A DNA stretch of 26,563 bases from a virus (IMGVR_UViG_3300032257_000380:1-26563), one strand, 5' to 3'; positions 16,931 to 24,832 are shown, numbered from the stretch's first letter. Made by a program: numbers and translations. The notes: generated from the letters alone by a model not told the origin.

Positions 16931-18819
16931 TCCTCAGAGATCCCCTCTTTCCAATCCTCATTCACCTCGGCAAAGATCTCTGGGCCGAGCACAATCGGGC
17001 CGATCCAGGGATCAATGCTTTCGAGATCCGCGCCACCGGCATCATAGGTGATAGTGAGGTGCGGCTGATAGCCATCCCAATCCCAGCTCGCGCCCTTGTC
17101 GAGCATCGACTGATGCCGCCATTCGAGGTGATCATCATTGAACTGCAGCACCAGGGCCTTTCCATCCTGGCCATAGAGATCCATCTGGCGAGGGCCGCCA
17201 GGCGGGATGGTATAGCGGCCATCATCGCCGCCGCTCCAATCGGCAGAGATCAGCATCCAATCGAGCGGTGTGCGCGAGAATGTCACTGTCACATGCAGCT
17301 CATTCGCAGGCACCAGCGGCTCAAGGCCCTGCTCGCGATAGTGATCGAGGATCTCTTGAGCATTGAGCACCTTGCGGCTCACATAGAGTGTGCGCGGCGC
17401 GCGATCCTCGAATGCCACATCAGAGACAAACCTGCGCCTTTTCTTGCGCCAGGCATCATCGAGATCCTCGCGATCCTCAGGCAGCCGCAGCTCATTGCGA
17501 GCCTCAGGATCATCCTCAGGCGATTCCTCACCGCCCTCAGCATCATATTCCTCGAATGCCTCATCACTGCCTGGCCATTGGCCGCTCTCGGTGATGCCGG
17601 TGCGCGCGATTTTGCCCAGCGGCTCAGGATCGATCAAGCCGGTGTTGCTATAGGTTTGGATCGCCTGGGCGCGCTTAGCCTCGATCTCAGCCGCATCCTT
17701 GGGCGAGATCCGCATGAGCGTATTGAAGCGATACCAGATTTCCTCAGGGCGGCTGCCCAGGGCCGAGCGCAGCAGCAGCTCATCGAGCCGGTCGAGCGCC
17801 GGTGCGAGCAGCTCATCCTGGCGAGCCTCGACCATCGCATGATAGTCTTTTTCCTCGCCCTCGCCGGTGCTCTGCAGACCCTTGGGCGATTGGCCGAGCA
17901 GGCGCGTCACAGGGATGTCAGCAGCACCAGAGATCACCTGCAGATAGCTCACCAGCATGTCAGGGATGCCAGAGAATGAGATCTGCTTTTGGCTCCATTC
18001 CTCAGCGCCATCGATGGCCAGCATTCGCCAGGTGCTCTTGCCGCTATTGGCGGCCTGCAGGCGATTGAGCAGGCGAGTCTCATATTCGCTGCTCGCCATG
18101 TTTTTCATCATGTCTGGGATCTTGACCACATCGATTTTGGCCTCATTGATCAGGGCGGCGAAACCATCCTGAGCAAGATCCGCATTCTTGAGCGCCTCGG
18201 CCACCGACTGATAGAGGGGATCGCCCCAAAACCAATCGGCCTGCAGGGTGGATCCCTCAGGCGCGCGCTGGCCGATGAACGGGATCACTCGCGAGGGATG
18301 GATATGGATCGCCGCACCATTGCGAGGCTGCAGCTTGTAATACTCTGGCTGGCCGAAATAGGGCGATGAGGGATCACCGATCATCTGGCCGACCGTCACA
18401 TCATAGCGCGAAAACACATGCACATATTTCAGGCCGCCCTTGCCGAGCTTGGTGAAATCCAGCTCTTTCTCAGGCTCGCCCTGGTCGGTGCCGAGCATCA
18501 GCAGGCCGCCACCCCAGAGCCGAGCCAGGATCAGTGCGCGCTTGCACTTGGCCTTGATCTGCAGCCGCTTTTCCTCGGCCTCGATGAGCTTGATCTGCTC
18601 GCGCTGGGCCTGCCAGGCGCGCCAAGTGCGCGTCATGTCGATTGCGGGAATGTCCACAATCTTTCGCATGATCCAAGAGGTGCGATAGGCACTCTCGACC
18701 TGCATCGGCGCAGCCTGGATGAAATTATAGCCGCCATAGGCAGCCTTGTCGGCAGAGGTGCCCATGCCACTCATGACATTGGTGAGCTTGTCTCTGAGGA
18801 ATGGAATGATGGTGGCCAT
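16927..18819 (-). CDS. Portal protein (DUF1073-like) fused to a C-terminal Acb1-like 2H phosphoesterase
   Basis: Portal motifs AYRTSW..KIVDIPA.DM, IHPSRV and GAADIPVTRLLGQSPKGL. After an acidic linker come RTLYVSRKV, ELHVTVTFS and YQPHLTITYD (two HxT motifs). Confidence 0.88.
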   Translation of the reverse strand: MATIIPFLRDKLTNVMSGMGTSADKAAYGGYNFIQAAPMQVESAYRTSWIMRKIVDIPAIDMTRTWRAWQAQREQIKLIEAEEKRLQIKAKCKRALILARLWGGGLLMLGTDQGEPEKELDFTKLGKGGLKYVHVFSRYDVTVGQMIGDPSSPYFGQPEYYKLQPRNGAAIHIHPSRVIPFIGQRAPEGSTLQADWFWGDPLYQSVAEALKNADLAQDGFAALINEAKIDVVKIPDMMKNMASSEYETRLLNRLQAANSGKSTWRMLAIDGAEEWSQKQISFSGIPDMLVSYLQVISGAADIPVTRLLGQSPKGLQSTGEGEEKDYHAMVEARQDELLAPALDRLDELLLRSALGSRPEEIWYRFNTLMRISPKDAAEIEAKRAQAIQTYSNTGLIDPEPLGKIARTGITESGQWPGSDEAFEEYDAEGGEESPEDDPEARNELRLPEDREDLDDAWRKKRRRFVSDVAFEDRAPRTLYVSRKVLNAQEILDHYREQGLEPLVPANELHVTVTFSRTPLDWMLISADWSGGDDGRYTIPPGGPRQMDLYGQDGKALVLQFNDDHLEWRHQSMLDKGASWDWDGYQPHLTITYDAGGADLESIDPWIGPIVLGPEIFAEVNEDWKEGISEE

Positions 18820-18824
18820 GCGGC

Positions 18825-18862
18825 GCAATTTATCCGCAGATGCCGCTTTGCGCTAGGTTCGC
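18825..18862 (-). promoter_or_regulatory. Repeated promoter-like element GCGAACCTA-N21-TAAATTGC, upstream of the portal gene
   Basis: Exact 9-mer and 21-nt spacer. The ATG is 7 nt after TAAATT and there is no SD. Confidence 0.75.
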
Positions 18863-18866
18863 TCGC

Positions 18867-20510
18867 TCAGACATTATCCAGGGTGTAGCCAGGGCCTCGA
18901 TCTGGGATGAATGTCAGCACCAGCGCATCGGCATAGTCTGGTGATTTGATCCCGCGCTTGGCGAGCTGCTCTTTCTTTTCGAGGATGAGCTTGCCGGTGT
19001 CGGTGCGGAATTTCTTGGGAGTGCTCAGCTCGGTGGCCAGGCGATCACTCTCGACATCGCCGCTGGGCAGGTGGATCAGATCGGTGATGCGGTGCTCTTT
19101 CGCGCCCTCATCCTCGGTTTTGCCCTCAAGGTGCAGCATGTGCTCATAGGTGCGCTTGAAGCGCATGGCCGCGATCCACCAGATCTCCATTTTCAGATTG
19201 CGGAATTGTTCATCAGAGGTGCGGCCATCATCCCACTCAGGATCCACAAAGGGATCTGAGCCGGTATTGATCGGCTGCACTGTGAGCGAATGAGGCCGCC
19301 GCTCGGAATTCAGCAGGCCAGATGAGACACCAGCACCGACACCAGGCGCATCGAAATTGAGCAGCCTGGCCTGCAGCTCAAGCGCGATGTCGAGCATCCA
19401 ATTGGCAGTGCCGATGGTGTCTGGATCGCCGCGCGATTTCGGCGGATCGATCACCTGGCCGCGCCTCGGCACCACCACCGAGCGAGCCTTGCCTGCACCG
19501 ACATCGCCGCCCAGGGTGTATTCCTCGCCGGTGATCAGGATCTCAGGGCAGAGGGTGTGGATCTGCTGGGCGGCCTGGATCCACTTGGCCGGAATGCAGA
19601 CATCCTCGATGCTGGCGGCATAGTCGATTTCATATTCACTCGCCCAGGCTGCCGGATCGCTCATTTCGGCTTTCTTGCGAGCGGCCCATTCCTTAGTTTT
19701 GCGAGGATCCGCCGAATAGTGGAATTTGAATATCTGGTGCTCGGCCAGGATCGAATGCCGCTTGCGAGCAAAGAGATTGCCCATGCCATTGACCGAGGAA
19801 ACCCAGCCGACACATTCGGTGTTGCCGCTCAGCGCCTTTTCGACATTCTCGGCACCAGGCACAAAGGCGGCCTCGTCGACCACATAGATCGAGCTGCGGC
19901 CACCGCGCCCCATATCCTCGCCGCCCTCGCCGGTGATGATCGCGCCATTGGCCGGATTGACCAGGCGGCAGAATGCAGAGTGCTTATTCCAGTGAAAGCC
20001 CTCAGGCTGCATCCAGGGCGGCACTCGGTCGAGCATGATGCGGATTTTCTGAAAGAGGCTATCTGGCTGATCGGCCTTGTCCACATAGTCGGTTTTTCGG
20101 CTGCCGAATGTGCCCTTGAAACCATCCTGAAATAGCCAGCGATTGAGCGTGAATCCGCAGCAGAGATAGCTGAGGCCGGTGTCGCGCGATTTCTCCACCA
20201 GCCATTGCTCATCGGCGGCAAAGCGATCCCAAAGCCAGTGGATGAATTCGACCTGGCGAGGCCAGAGCACGAATGGAATATAGGGCGAGAGCCGATTGCC
20301 CTCAGCATCCTTTTTGCCGATCAGGCGAGGGTCATATGTCCACACATAGTTATTGAACCAGTGCACCACACCATCGGCATCCTTGCCGCACCGGCGCAGC
20401 TCTTGCTCATTCGACAAGGCGGCCTCTTTCCTGGCCGCAGCGCGTTTGGCGATGGCTGCAAGCTCACTGCTCTGCGGCAGCGCGCTCAAGTTTGCCAGTG
20501 AGATAGGCAA
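18867..20510 (-). CDS. terL: Terminase large subunit (start codon uncertain)
   Basis: Motifs LWPRQ, Walker A-like VEKSRDTGLS, Walker B YVVDEAAF, nuclease LGGDVG, FDAPGVGAG and SPDYADAL. Confidence 0.92.
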   Translation of the reverse strand: MPISLANLSALPQSSELAAIAKRAAARKEAALSNEQELRRCGKDADGVVHWFNNYVWTYDPRLIGKKDAEGNRLSPYIPFVLWPRQVEFIHWLWDRFAADEQWLVEKSRDTGLSYLCCGFTLNRWLFQDGFKGTFGSRKTDYVDKADQPDSLFQKIRIMLDRVPPWMQPEGFHWNKHSAFCRLVNPANGAIITGEGGEDMGRGGRSSIYVVDEAAFVPGAENVEKALSGNTECVGWVSSVNGMGNLFARKRHSILAEHQIFKFHYSADPRKTKEWAARKKAEMSDPAAWASEYEIDYAASIEDVCIPAKWIQAAQQIHTLCPEILITGEEYTLGGDVGAGKARSVVVPRRGQVIDPPKSRGDPDTIGTANWMLDIALELQARLLNFDAPGVGAGVSSGLLNSERRPHSLTVQPINTGSDPFVDPEWDDGRTSDEQFRNLKMEIWWIAAMRFKRTYEHMLHLEGKTEDEGAKEHRITDLIHLPSGDVESDRLATELSTPKKFRTDTGKLILEKKEQLAKRGIKSPDYADALVLTFIPDRGPGYTLDNV

Positions 20511-20988
20511 GAGTCTCGATTTCCTCTGGTGTCAGTGTGGCCTCGACAAGCGAGATCGGAATTGGGCCGCCTTTCGGCCCTGAGTGCTGATGGCCTTTGA
20601 TCTCCACCACACCATGCTGCACATTGAGCAGCCAGCGCACTTTCTCGGCGCTCAAGCGATAGGCGGCATCGACCGAGACACCCTCAGGCAGATTGTCCAT
20701 CATCGCCATCTGATAGGCGCGATGCATGAGCAGCTCTTTGGCTGGGATCTTGGCTGCATCCAGCTCAGCTCGATAGTGCCGCTGCAGGGTGTCTGGTGAA
20801 TATCCCTGGCCGCCAAGATCGAGCAGCTTTTCATCCTGCAGCCAGGCCAGGTGCTCGCTGATGTGGATCTGCGGCAGGCCGAAACCGGCCAGGCTCTCGA
20901 TCACCGCTGCTGCAGTGGCATTGCGCTTGTGCGGCTGCTGCCCAGAGCTGCCTTTCTTTGCGCCTCGCTTATCGGTTTTCTTGGCCAT
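20464..20988 (-). CDS. terS: Terminase small subunit
   Basis: Directly upstream of and overlapping terL. HTH-like DTLQRHYRAEL and C-terminal HSGPKGGPI motif. Confidence 0.8.
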   Translation of the reverse strand: MAKKTDKRGAKKGSSGQQPHKRNATAAAVIESLAGFGLPQIHISEHLAWLQDEKLLDLGGQGYSPDTLQRHYRAELDAAKIPAKELLMHRAYQMAMMDNLPEGVSVDAAYRLSAEKVRWLLNVQHGVVEIKGHQHSGPKGGPIPISLVEATLTPEEIETLAYLTGKLERAAAEQ

Positions 20989-20993
20989 GCGCC

Positions 20994-21022
20994 CTGATAC
21001 TCTGGCACCAGGAAATGTGCAA
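20994..21022 (-). promoter_or_regulatory. Sigma70-like promoter TTGCAC-N17-TATCAG, probably giving a leaderless terS mRNA
   Basis: Canonical spacing. The ATG is 5 nt after the -10 and there is no SD. Confidence 0.55.
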
Positions 21023-21037
21023 TTAACCAGATCTTAG
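21023..21037. promoter_or_regulatory. CtrA-box-like site TTAA-N7-TTAG
   Basis: One mismatch to TTAA-N7-TTAA. Lies in the divergent intergenic region and abuts the terS -35. Confidence 0.45.
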
Positions 21038-21081
21038 GATCTCGCTGCCATGATCTCAGCATCACAAGTGGAGATTGAGAA

Positions 21082-21240
21082 ATGCGAATGACAAACCGAG
21101 ATCGAGAGCGCCTGATCAAGCAAGATCGCGACCGGCGCGCAGCCAGAATGCGGCGTGATCATGAGATCGAGCTGCTGCTAGATGCTGGGATCGAGCTGGC
21201 CGAGGCCATCAGAATTGTGGACCAGCCGGTGGCCGCCTAG
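21082..21240 (+). CDS. Small 52-aa charged protein, the only plus-strand gene supported
   Basis: Below the ORF-track cutoff. GGAG SD, then MRMTNRDRERLIKQDRDRRAARMRRDHEIELLLDAGIELAEAIRIVDQPVAA*. Fills the gap, and its TAG overlaps the stop of the convergent gene. Confidence 0.65.
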   Translation: MRMTNRDRERLIKQDRDRRAARMRRDHEIELLLDAGIELAEAIRIVDQPVAA

Positions 21241-21734
21241 TCGGCCTGCCGGAATGCGGCGATCTGGCGCATTGCTCTGGCGATGTCGAATCCCTTGGCC
21301 TTGGCCTTATCGATCAGCTCGCCTGGTGTGCGGCGCACAGTGCCGACCATCCAGAGGCCGCATTCCAGCTCATAGACCACCCAGGATCCATTCTGTTTCA
21401 TCTGCAGATAGCGAGCTGCCAGGCTCAGGATCTCAGGATCGATGATCTCGACCTCGATGTGAGCGCGCCGCTCTTTCGCTTCCCTGGCCTTGGCCTCATC
21501 CCTGCGGCGGTGGCGCTCTTGCACCTCATAATCGCGATGAGCTTTCACAAAGGCTCGGCGCGCCTTGAGCAGCTTGGCCTTGCCACTTTCCTTGAGCCAC
21601 CTGGTGATAGTGTTGCGACCGGCGCGAAAGTAGCTCTCGCATTCCAGGCGGCCTCGCTCGGTGAAAACCACCTCGAAATCATCAGGCTTTTGCCTGAGGT
21701 GCTGCTGCTCTGGTTTCGATCCGCCACCCGTCAT
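21237..21734 (-). CDS. Hypothetical protein, possibly DNA-binding
   Basis: 165 aa. N-terminal HTH-like YFRAGRNTITRWLKESG and a basic helical middle. Has its own predicted promoter. Confidence 0.65.
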   Translation of the reverse strand: MTGGGSKPEQQHLRQKPDDFEVVFTERGRLECESYFRAGRNTITRWLKESGKAKLLKARRAFVKAHRDYEVQERHRRRDEAKAREAKERRAHIEVEIIDPEILSLAARYLQMKQNGSWVVYELECGLWMVGTVRRTPGELIDKAKAKGFDIARAMRQIAAFRQAD

Positions 21735-21742
21735 GGCCGCGC

Positions 21743-21771
21743 CTTTTATCGCGGCTCACCAAATGAGGCAA
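21743..21771 (-). promoter_or_regulatory. Sigma70-like promoter TTGCCT-N17-TAAAAG
   Basis: Intergenic with canonical spacing. The ATG is 8 nt downstream and there is no SD. Confidence 0.5.
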
Positions 21772-21781
21772 TCTCAGGGCG

Positions 21782-21964
21782 CTAGATCACCACATAGGCC
21801 ACAATGTCGAAAGGGTGATCCTCAAGTGTCCACCGGCACTCGCCTCGGCCATCAGCAGGCCAGCTCTCTTTCGGGATCCGGCCATTCCTCAGTTTCACGA
21901 AAACCCGCTTGCCTCTGGCCTCGGCTGGACAATGGCCAGGATTGATCTGCCAGGGCAGGCTCAC
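21782..21964 (-). CDS. Hypothetical protein (60 aa)
   Basis: GTGA overlap. NPGHCP...RVFVKLRNG...RW...DIVAY resembles small phage proteins. Confidence 0.65.
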   Translation of the reverse strand: MSLPWQINPGHCPAEARGKRVFVKLRNGRIPKESWPADGRGECRWTLEDHPFDIVAYVVI

Positions 21965-22077
21965 CAGGAATTTCCCAGCGCCAAGCCGATGATGATCCCG
22001 ATCCCCAGGCCGGTGAGCAGTGCCTTGGCGGCCAGGTGTCTCATTTCTCGCCGCCTCTCATGTGCCCAGACCATCAT
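21961..22077 (-). CDS. Small membrane peptide (38 aa)
   Basis: Manual translation MMVWAHERRREMRHLAAKALLTGLGIGIIIGLALGNSW*. 4-nt overlaps on both sides. Confidence 0.55.
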   Translation of the reverse strand: MMVWAHERRREMRHLAAKALLTGLGIGIIIGLALGNSW

Positions 22078-22319
22078 CCCTGCCGCCGCAGCGCCTCAAG
22101 CTGGCGATAGAGATCCGCGATGGATCCGCGCTGCATTTCATCGAGCTGCACAAGGCTCTGGTGCTGGCGCTCGATCACATCGCAGGCATTCTCGATCTGC
22201 TGCGCGGCCAGCTCTAGCAGTCGGCCCACTTTGGCATCACCAGGCGTGAGCTGGATGCCGACCTGGCGCAGCACATCGGCGGTTTCCTGGTGGCTGCTGG
22301 TGTCGAATCGCTCGATCAT
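22074..22319 (-). CDS. Hypothetical coiled-coil protein (81 aa)
   Basis: ATGA overlap with the upstream gene. Confidence 0.65.
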   Translation of the reverse strand: MIERFDTSSHQETADVLRQVGIQLTPGDAKVGRLLELAAQQIENACDVIERQHQSLVQLDEMQRGSIADLYRQLEALRRQG

Positions 22320-22582
22320 GAGATCTCACCTTTCCAGATCTTGAGCGCAGCCTGGCCTGCCGGTGTGATCCGATAGAATGTGTAATCAGTGCGCGGTGTG
22401 CCGCAGGCGGCGCATGGTTTCTGGATCTCGCACCGCTCGACCAGGCCGACCGCCTCGGCATAGCTAAGGGTGATCGCAGATCCATCGAGCCTATCTGGCC
22501 GCGCATCGGCAGGCCAGCTATCCATCAGCTCAAGGCTCGACCGCAGCAGGTGCTCTTGCGTGATGTCGGTGTGCTCAGCCAT
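22316..22582 (-). CDS. Hypothetical protein (88 aa) with a CxxC, winged-helix-like end
   Basis: GAGG SD. Motifs GLVER and YRITPAGQAAL. Confidence 0.6.
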   Translation of the reverse strand: MAEHTDITQEHLLRSSLELMDSWPADARPDRLDGSAITLSYAEAVGLVERCEIQKPCAACGTPRTDYTFYRITPAGQAALKIWKGEIS

Positions 22583-22733
22583 TTGGTGCCTCTCTCATTC
22601 CAAGGCGCGCCGGTGTGACCTGAGCGAATTTCAGGCCGCAATCGGCGCAGCGTTTCATCAGTGTGGTGCCGACCGGCGTGGCTGGCCTGGTGGTGCGGTG
22701 GGCGCAGATAGGATGATATCGAGGCTCGCTCAT
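22575..22733 (-). CDS. Small Cys-containing hypothetical protein (52 aa)
   Basis: ATGA overlap; MSEPRYHPICAH...CADCG. Confidence 0.55.
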   Translation of the reverse strand: MSEPRYHPICAHRTTRPATPVGTTLMKRCADCGLKFAQVTPARLGMREAPNG

Positions 22734-23047
22734 TGCAGGTTCCCATTCAATTTCGCCCACTCGCCAGCGGTATAGCAGCGGATCGGTGAGCCATCAGGCT
22801 CGCCAGGCGGTGTGGCGATGGCAAAGCCACCGATCTTGCAGAGGTGCTGCAGCTCATTCATCCCATAGATGATGAAACCCTGGGCGAGCACCTCAGGCGG
22901 CGAATCTCCAATGATCTTTGCCACCCTCTCGAAACTGGCCTCATCGACCGGCAGGCCGAGGCAGCAGATGCACACCTTGGCGCATTCGACCGGATTGGTG
23001 AAACCAGTGGCGCGCTTATTGTCGCCAAAGCTCAGCACCTCACTCAT
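22730..23047 (-). CDS. Hypothetical protein (105 aa)
   Basis: ATGA overlaps at both ends. Confidence 0.6.
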   Translation of the reverse strand: MSEVLSFGDNKRATGFTNPVECAKVCICCLGLPVDEASFERVAKIIGDSPPEVLAQGFIIYGMNELQHLCKIGGFAIATPPGEPDGSPIRCYTAGEWAKLNGNLQ

Positions 23048-23187
23048 GCCTTTGCCTTTCTCAGCGCCTCATCGAGCAGCATGGTGACATCATTGGCTCG
23101 ATAGACCAGGATCGCATTGCCGATCAGAAAGCACAGGCTGCCGATCACGAATAGGATCGCTGGCAGGTTTTCGGTGATCTTGCTCAT
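23044..23187 (-). CDS. Small single-TM protein (47 aa)
   Basis: Manual translation MSKITENLPAILFVIGSLCFLIGNAILVYRANDVTMLLDEALRKAKA*. ATGA overlaps on both sides. Confidence 0.6.
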   Translation of the reverse strand: MSKITENLPAILFVIGSLCFLIGNAILVYRANDVTMLLDEALRKAKA

Positions 23188-23732
23188 GCCAGCACCAGAT
23201 CAATCGGCTGCTGCCTATCTGGCACTCGATGCTTGCCGCGCGCCATTGGATGCTTTGGCATTCCGCTCTCAGTGGTGCCCAGGCAGATCAGCGGCACACC
23301 ATCTGCGGCATCGAGGAATGGATTGAAATCATCCTCAAGGCCGAGATTTCCCCAGGCAGCCAGGATCGGTGTCTCTTGCCGCCGCGCGATCTCGATTGCA
23401 TTCGCCCATGCCTGAGGCTGGGCATCGCCCCAGGCATCCTCAGGATCCACCGAGCGCACCATTGATGGCTCGCTCGATCTCAGCGCCCAGAGATTGATCA
23501 CCAGGATGCCGCCATATCCCCATGCCTTTGCGAAATGGCAGCAGCGCCCGATGGTCTGATCATCCTTGCGGTGATCGGCGGTGCTGGGATTGAACATGCA
23601 CACCACCAGCAGCGGCAGCGAGCGATCCCAGATGCGCCAGAGCCAATATCGATAGGCTTGATCGGCAGAGAGCACCGCACCCGATATCGAATTCAGCGAG
23701 AATGGCGAGGCTGGCTTGTGATCAGGTTTCAT
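23184..23732 (-). CDS. DUF1643 family protein
   Basis: Motifs YRYWLWRIW, MFNPSTAD..DDQT, INLWALR, AAWG and PKHP. Confidence 0.88.
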   Translation of the reverse strand: MKPDHKPASPFSLNSISGAVLSADQAYRYWLWRIWDRSLPLLVVCMFNPSTADHRKDDQTIGRCCHFAKAWGYGGILVINLWALRSSEPSMVRSVDPEDAWGDAQPQAWANAIEIARRQETPILAAWGNLGLEDDFNPFLDAADGVPLICLGTTESGMPKHPMARGKHRVPDRQQPIDLVLA

Positions 23733-23911
23733 GGCAGTTTCCCCAGGATGTGAGCGGCCAGGATAGGCCCAAGGATCCACAGCTCGATATTCGCTGCGGT
23801 GGCGAGTGCGATGTGCAGCCGGTTGCGGCGCTGGATCGCCCAGCAGAGCCAGGCAAAGAGAGGGCCGACAGTGAGGCCAGCGGCCCAGGTGTGGCGCGGC
23901 AGCTTATCCAT
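23729..23911 (-). CDS. Small two-TM membrane protein (60 aa)
   Basis: MDKLPRHTWAAGLTVGPLFAWLCWAI...; overlaps both neighbours. Confidence 0.55.
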   Translation of the reverse strand: MDKLPRHTWAAGLTVGPLFAWLCWAIQRRNRLHIALATAANIELWILGPILAAHILGKLP

Positions 23912-24110
23912 GAGGGTGATCCCTGAAATGCTGCTCAGCCACAGGATCATCAGGCACCTCGCCGGTGCCCAGGCATCCCTCGCACTGGATCTGGCATTGC
24001 ACAGGGATCGGCTGGCCGCAGCAATCCCCATGCTCGGTGGGCCTGCCGCAGCAGCCAGGCTCGACATCCTCGATCCATCCCTGGCCTTGGCAGTGTAGGC
24101 ACTGGCTCAT
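23904..24110 (-). CDS. Cys-rich small protein with DnaJ-like CxxCxGxG motifs
   Basis: MSQCLHCQGQG...CCG...CCG...CEGCLGTG. AAGG SD and ATGA overlap. Confidence 0.7.
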   Translation of the reverse strand: MSQCLHCQGQGWIEDVEPGCCGRPTEHGDCCGQPIPVQCQIQCEGCLGTGEVPDDPVAEQHFRDHPHG

Positions 24111-24472
24111 GACACCTTTCCTCTCAGCAGCTCGATCACCGCCCTGGCACCATCGCGAGCAGTCCAATCGATATCGAATGAGTCGCTGATCGCCTGCTCG
24201 ATATCATCCTCAAGATCCTCAGTGCAGAGCGCAGTGAGAATGATCAGCCGATGCATTTCGACAATATCAGATCTCACATCCTCATCGACCGCGCCGATCT
24301 CATGCTTGATGCCGCCGCGATCTGAGAGATCGGCCATGATGCCTCGCGCCGCCATATGTGCCCAATCGCGCGCAGCAGGCGGCTCAGTGCCAGGCTCTCG
24401 ATCCCAGCTCGCATCATAGGGATATTGCTGAGCGCGGCTCAGGGTGTGCTCTGCGATTTCTTTATCAGTCAT
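24107..24472 (-). CDS. Hypothetical protein (121 aa)
   Basis: Start at MTDKEIAE with a GAGGA SD and ATGA overlap. Confidence 0.65.
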   Translation of the reverse strand: MTDKEIAEHTLSRAQQYPYDASWDREPGTEPPAARDWAHMAARGIMADLSDRGGIKHEIGAVDEDVRSDIVEMHRLIILTALCTEDLEDDIEQAISDSFDIDWTARDGARAVIELLRGKVS

Positions 24473-24714
24473 TGATTCCTCGCTTTCTCGATCAGATCGA
24501 TCATGTCGCTGGCGATCAGGCCAGCCTTGCACTCATGGGCCTCTCGGTGGCTGGTCGGCTCGATGATCATCTGCAGAGTGCCTGCAGCCTTGTCGCCACA
24601 CCAGATCGCATATTTCCGCACTCGATCACCGGCAGCCGAGGCCGCCCAATGCATGTGCAGCCGATATCTGCTCAGGATCGAGCGCACCTCATCCGAGATC
24701 TCTTGATCAGTCAT
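24469..24714 (-). CDS. Hypothetical protein (81 aa)
   Basis: GGAG SD and operon-style overlaps. Confidence 0.6.
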   Translation of the reverse strand: MTDQEISDEVRSILSRYRLHMHWAASAAGDRVRKYAIWCGDKAAGTLQMIIEPTSHREAHECKAGLIASDMIDLIEKARNQ

Positions 24715-24832
24715 TTCGATTTCTCCACTTGAGCCAGGCCAGGTGCAGCGCAGGCACCACCATCAGGATCGCCATTGCGAGCGGCCAGGCAATTTTCATG
24801 CTCAGGATGTCCACCAGCCAGGCCATGATCAC
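24707..24832 (-). CDS. Small membrane peptide (41 aa)
   Basis: GTGA overlap; MIMAWLVDILSMKIAWPLAMAILMVVPALHLAWLKWRNRND*. Confidence 0.5.
   Translation of the reverse strand: MIMAWLVDILSMKIAWPLAMAILMVVPALHLAWLKWRNRND

Noticed and set aside
1728-18862. Repeated motif as a CRISPR array, att sites or terminators
   Set aside because: The copies are dispersed and intergenic, with fixed bipartite spacing. They have no consistent hairpin and U-tract.
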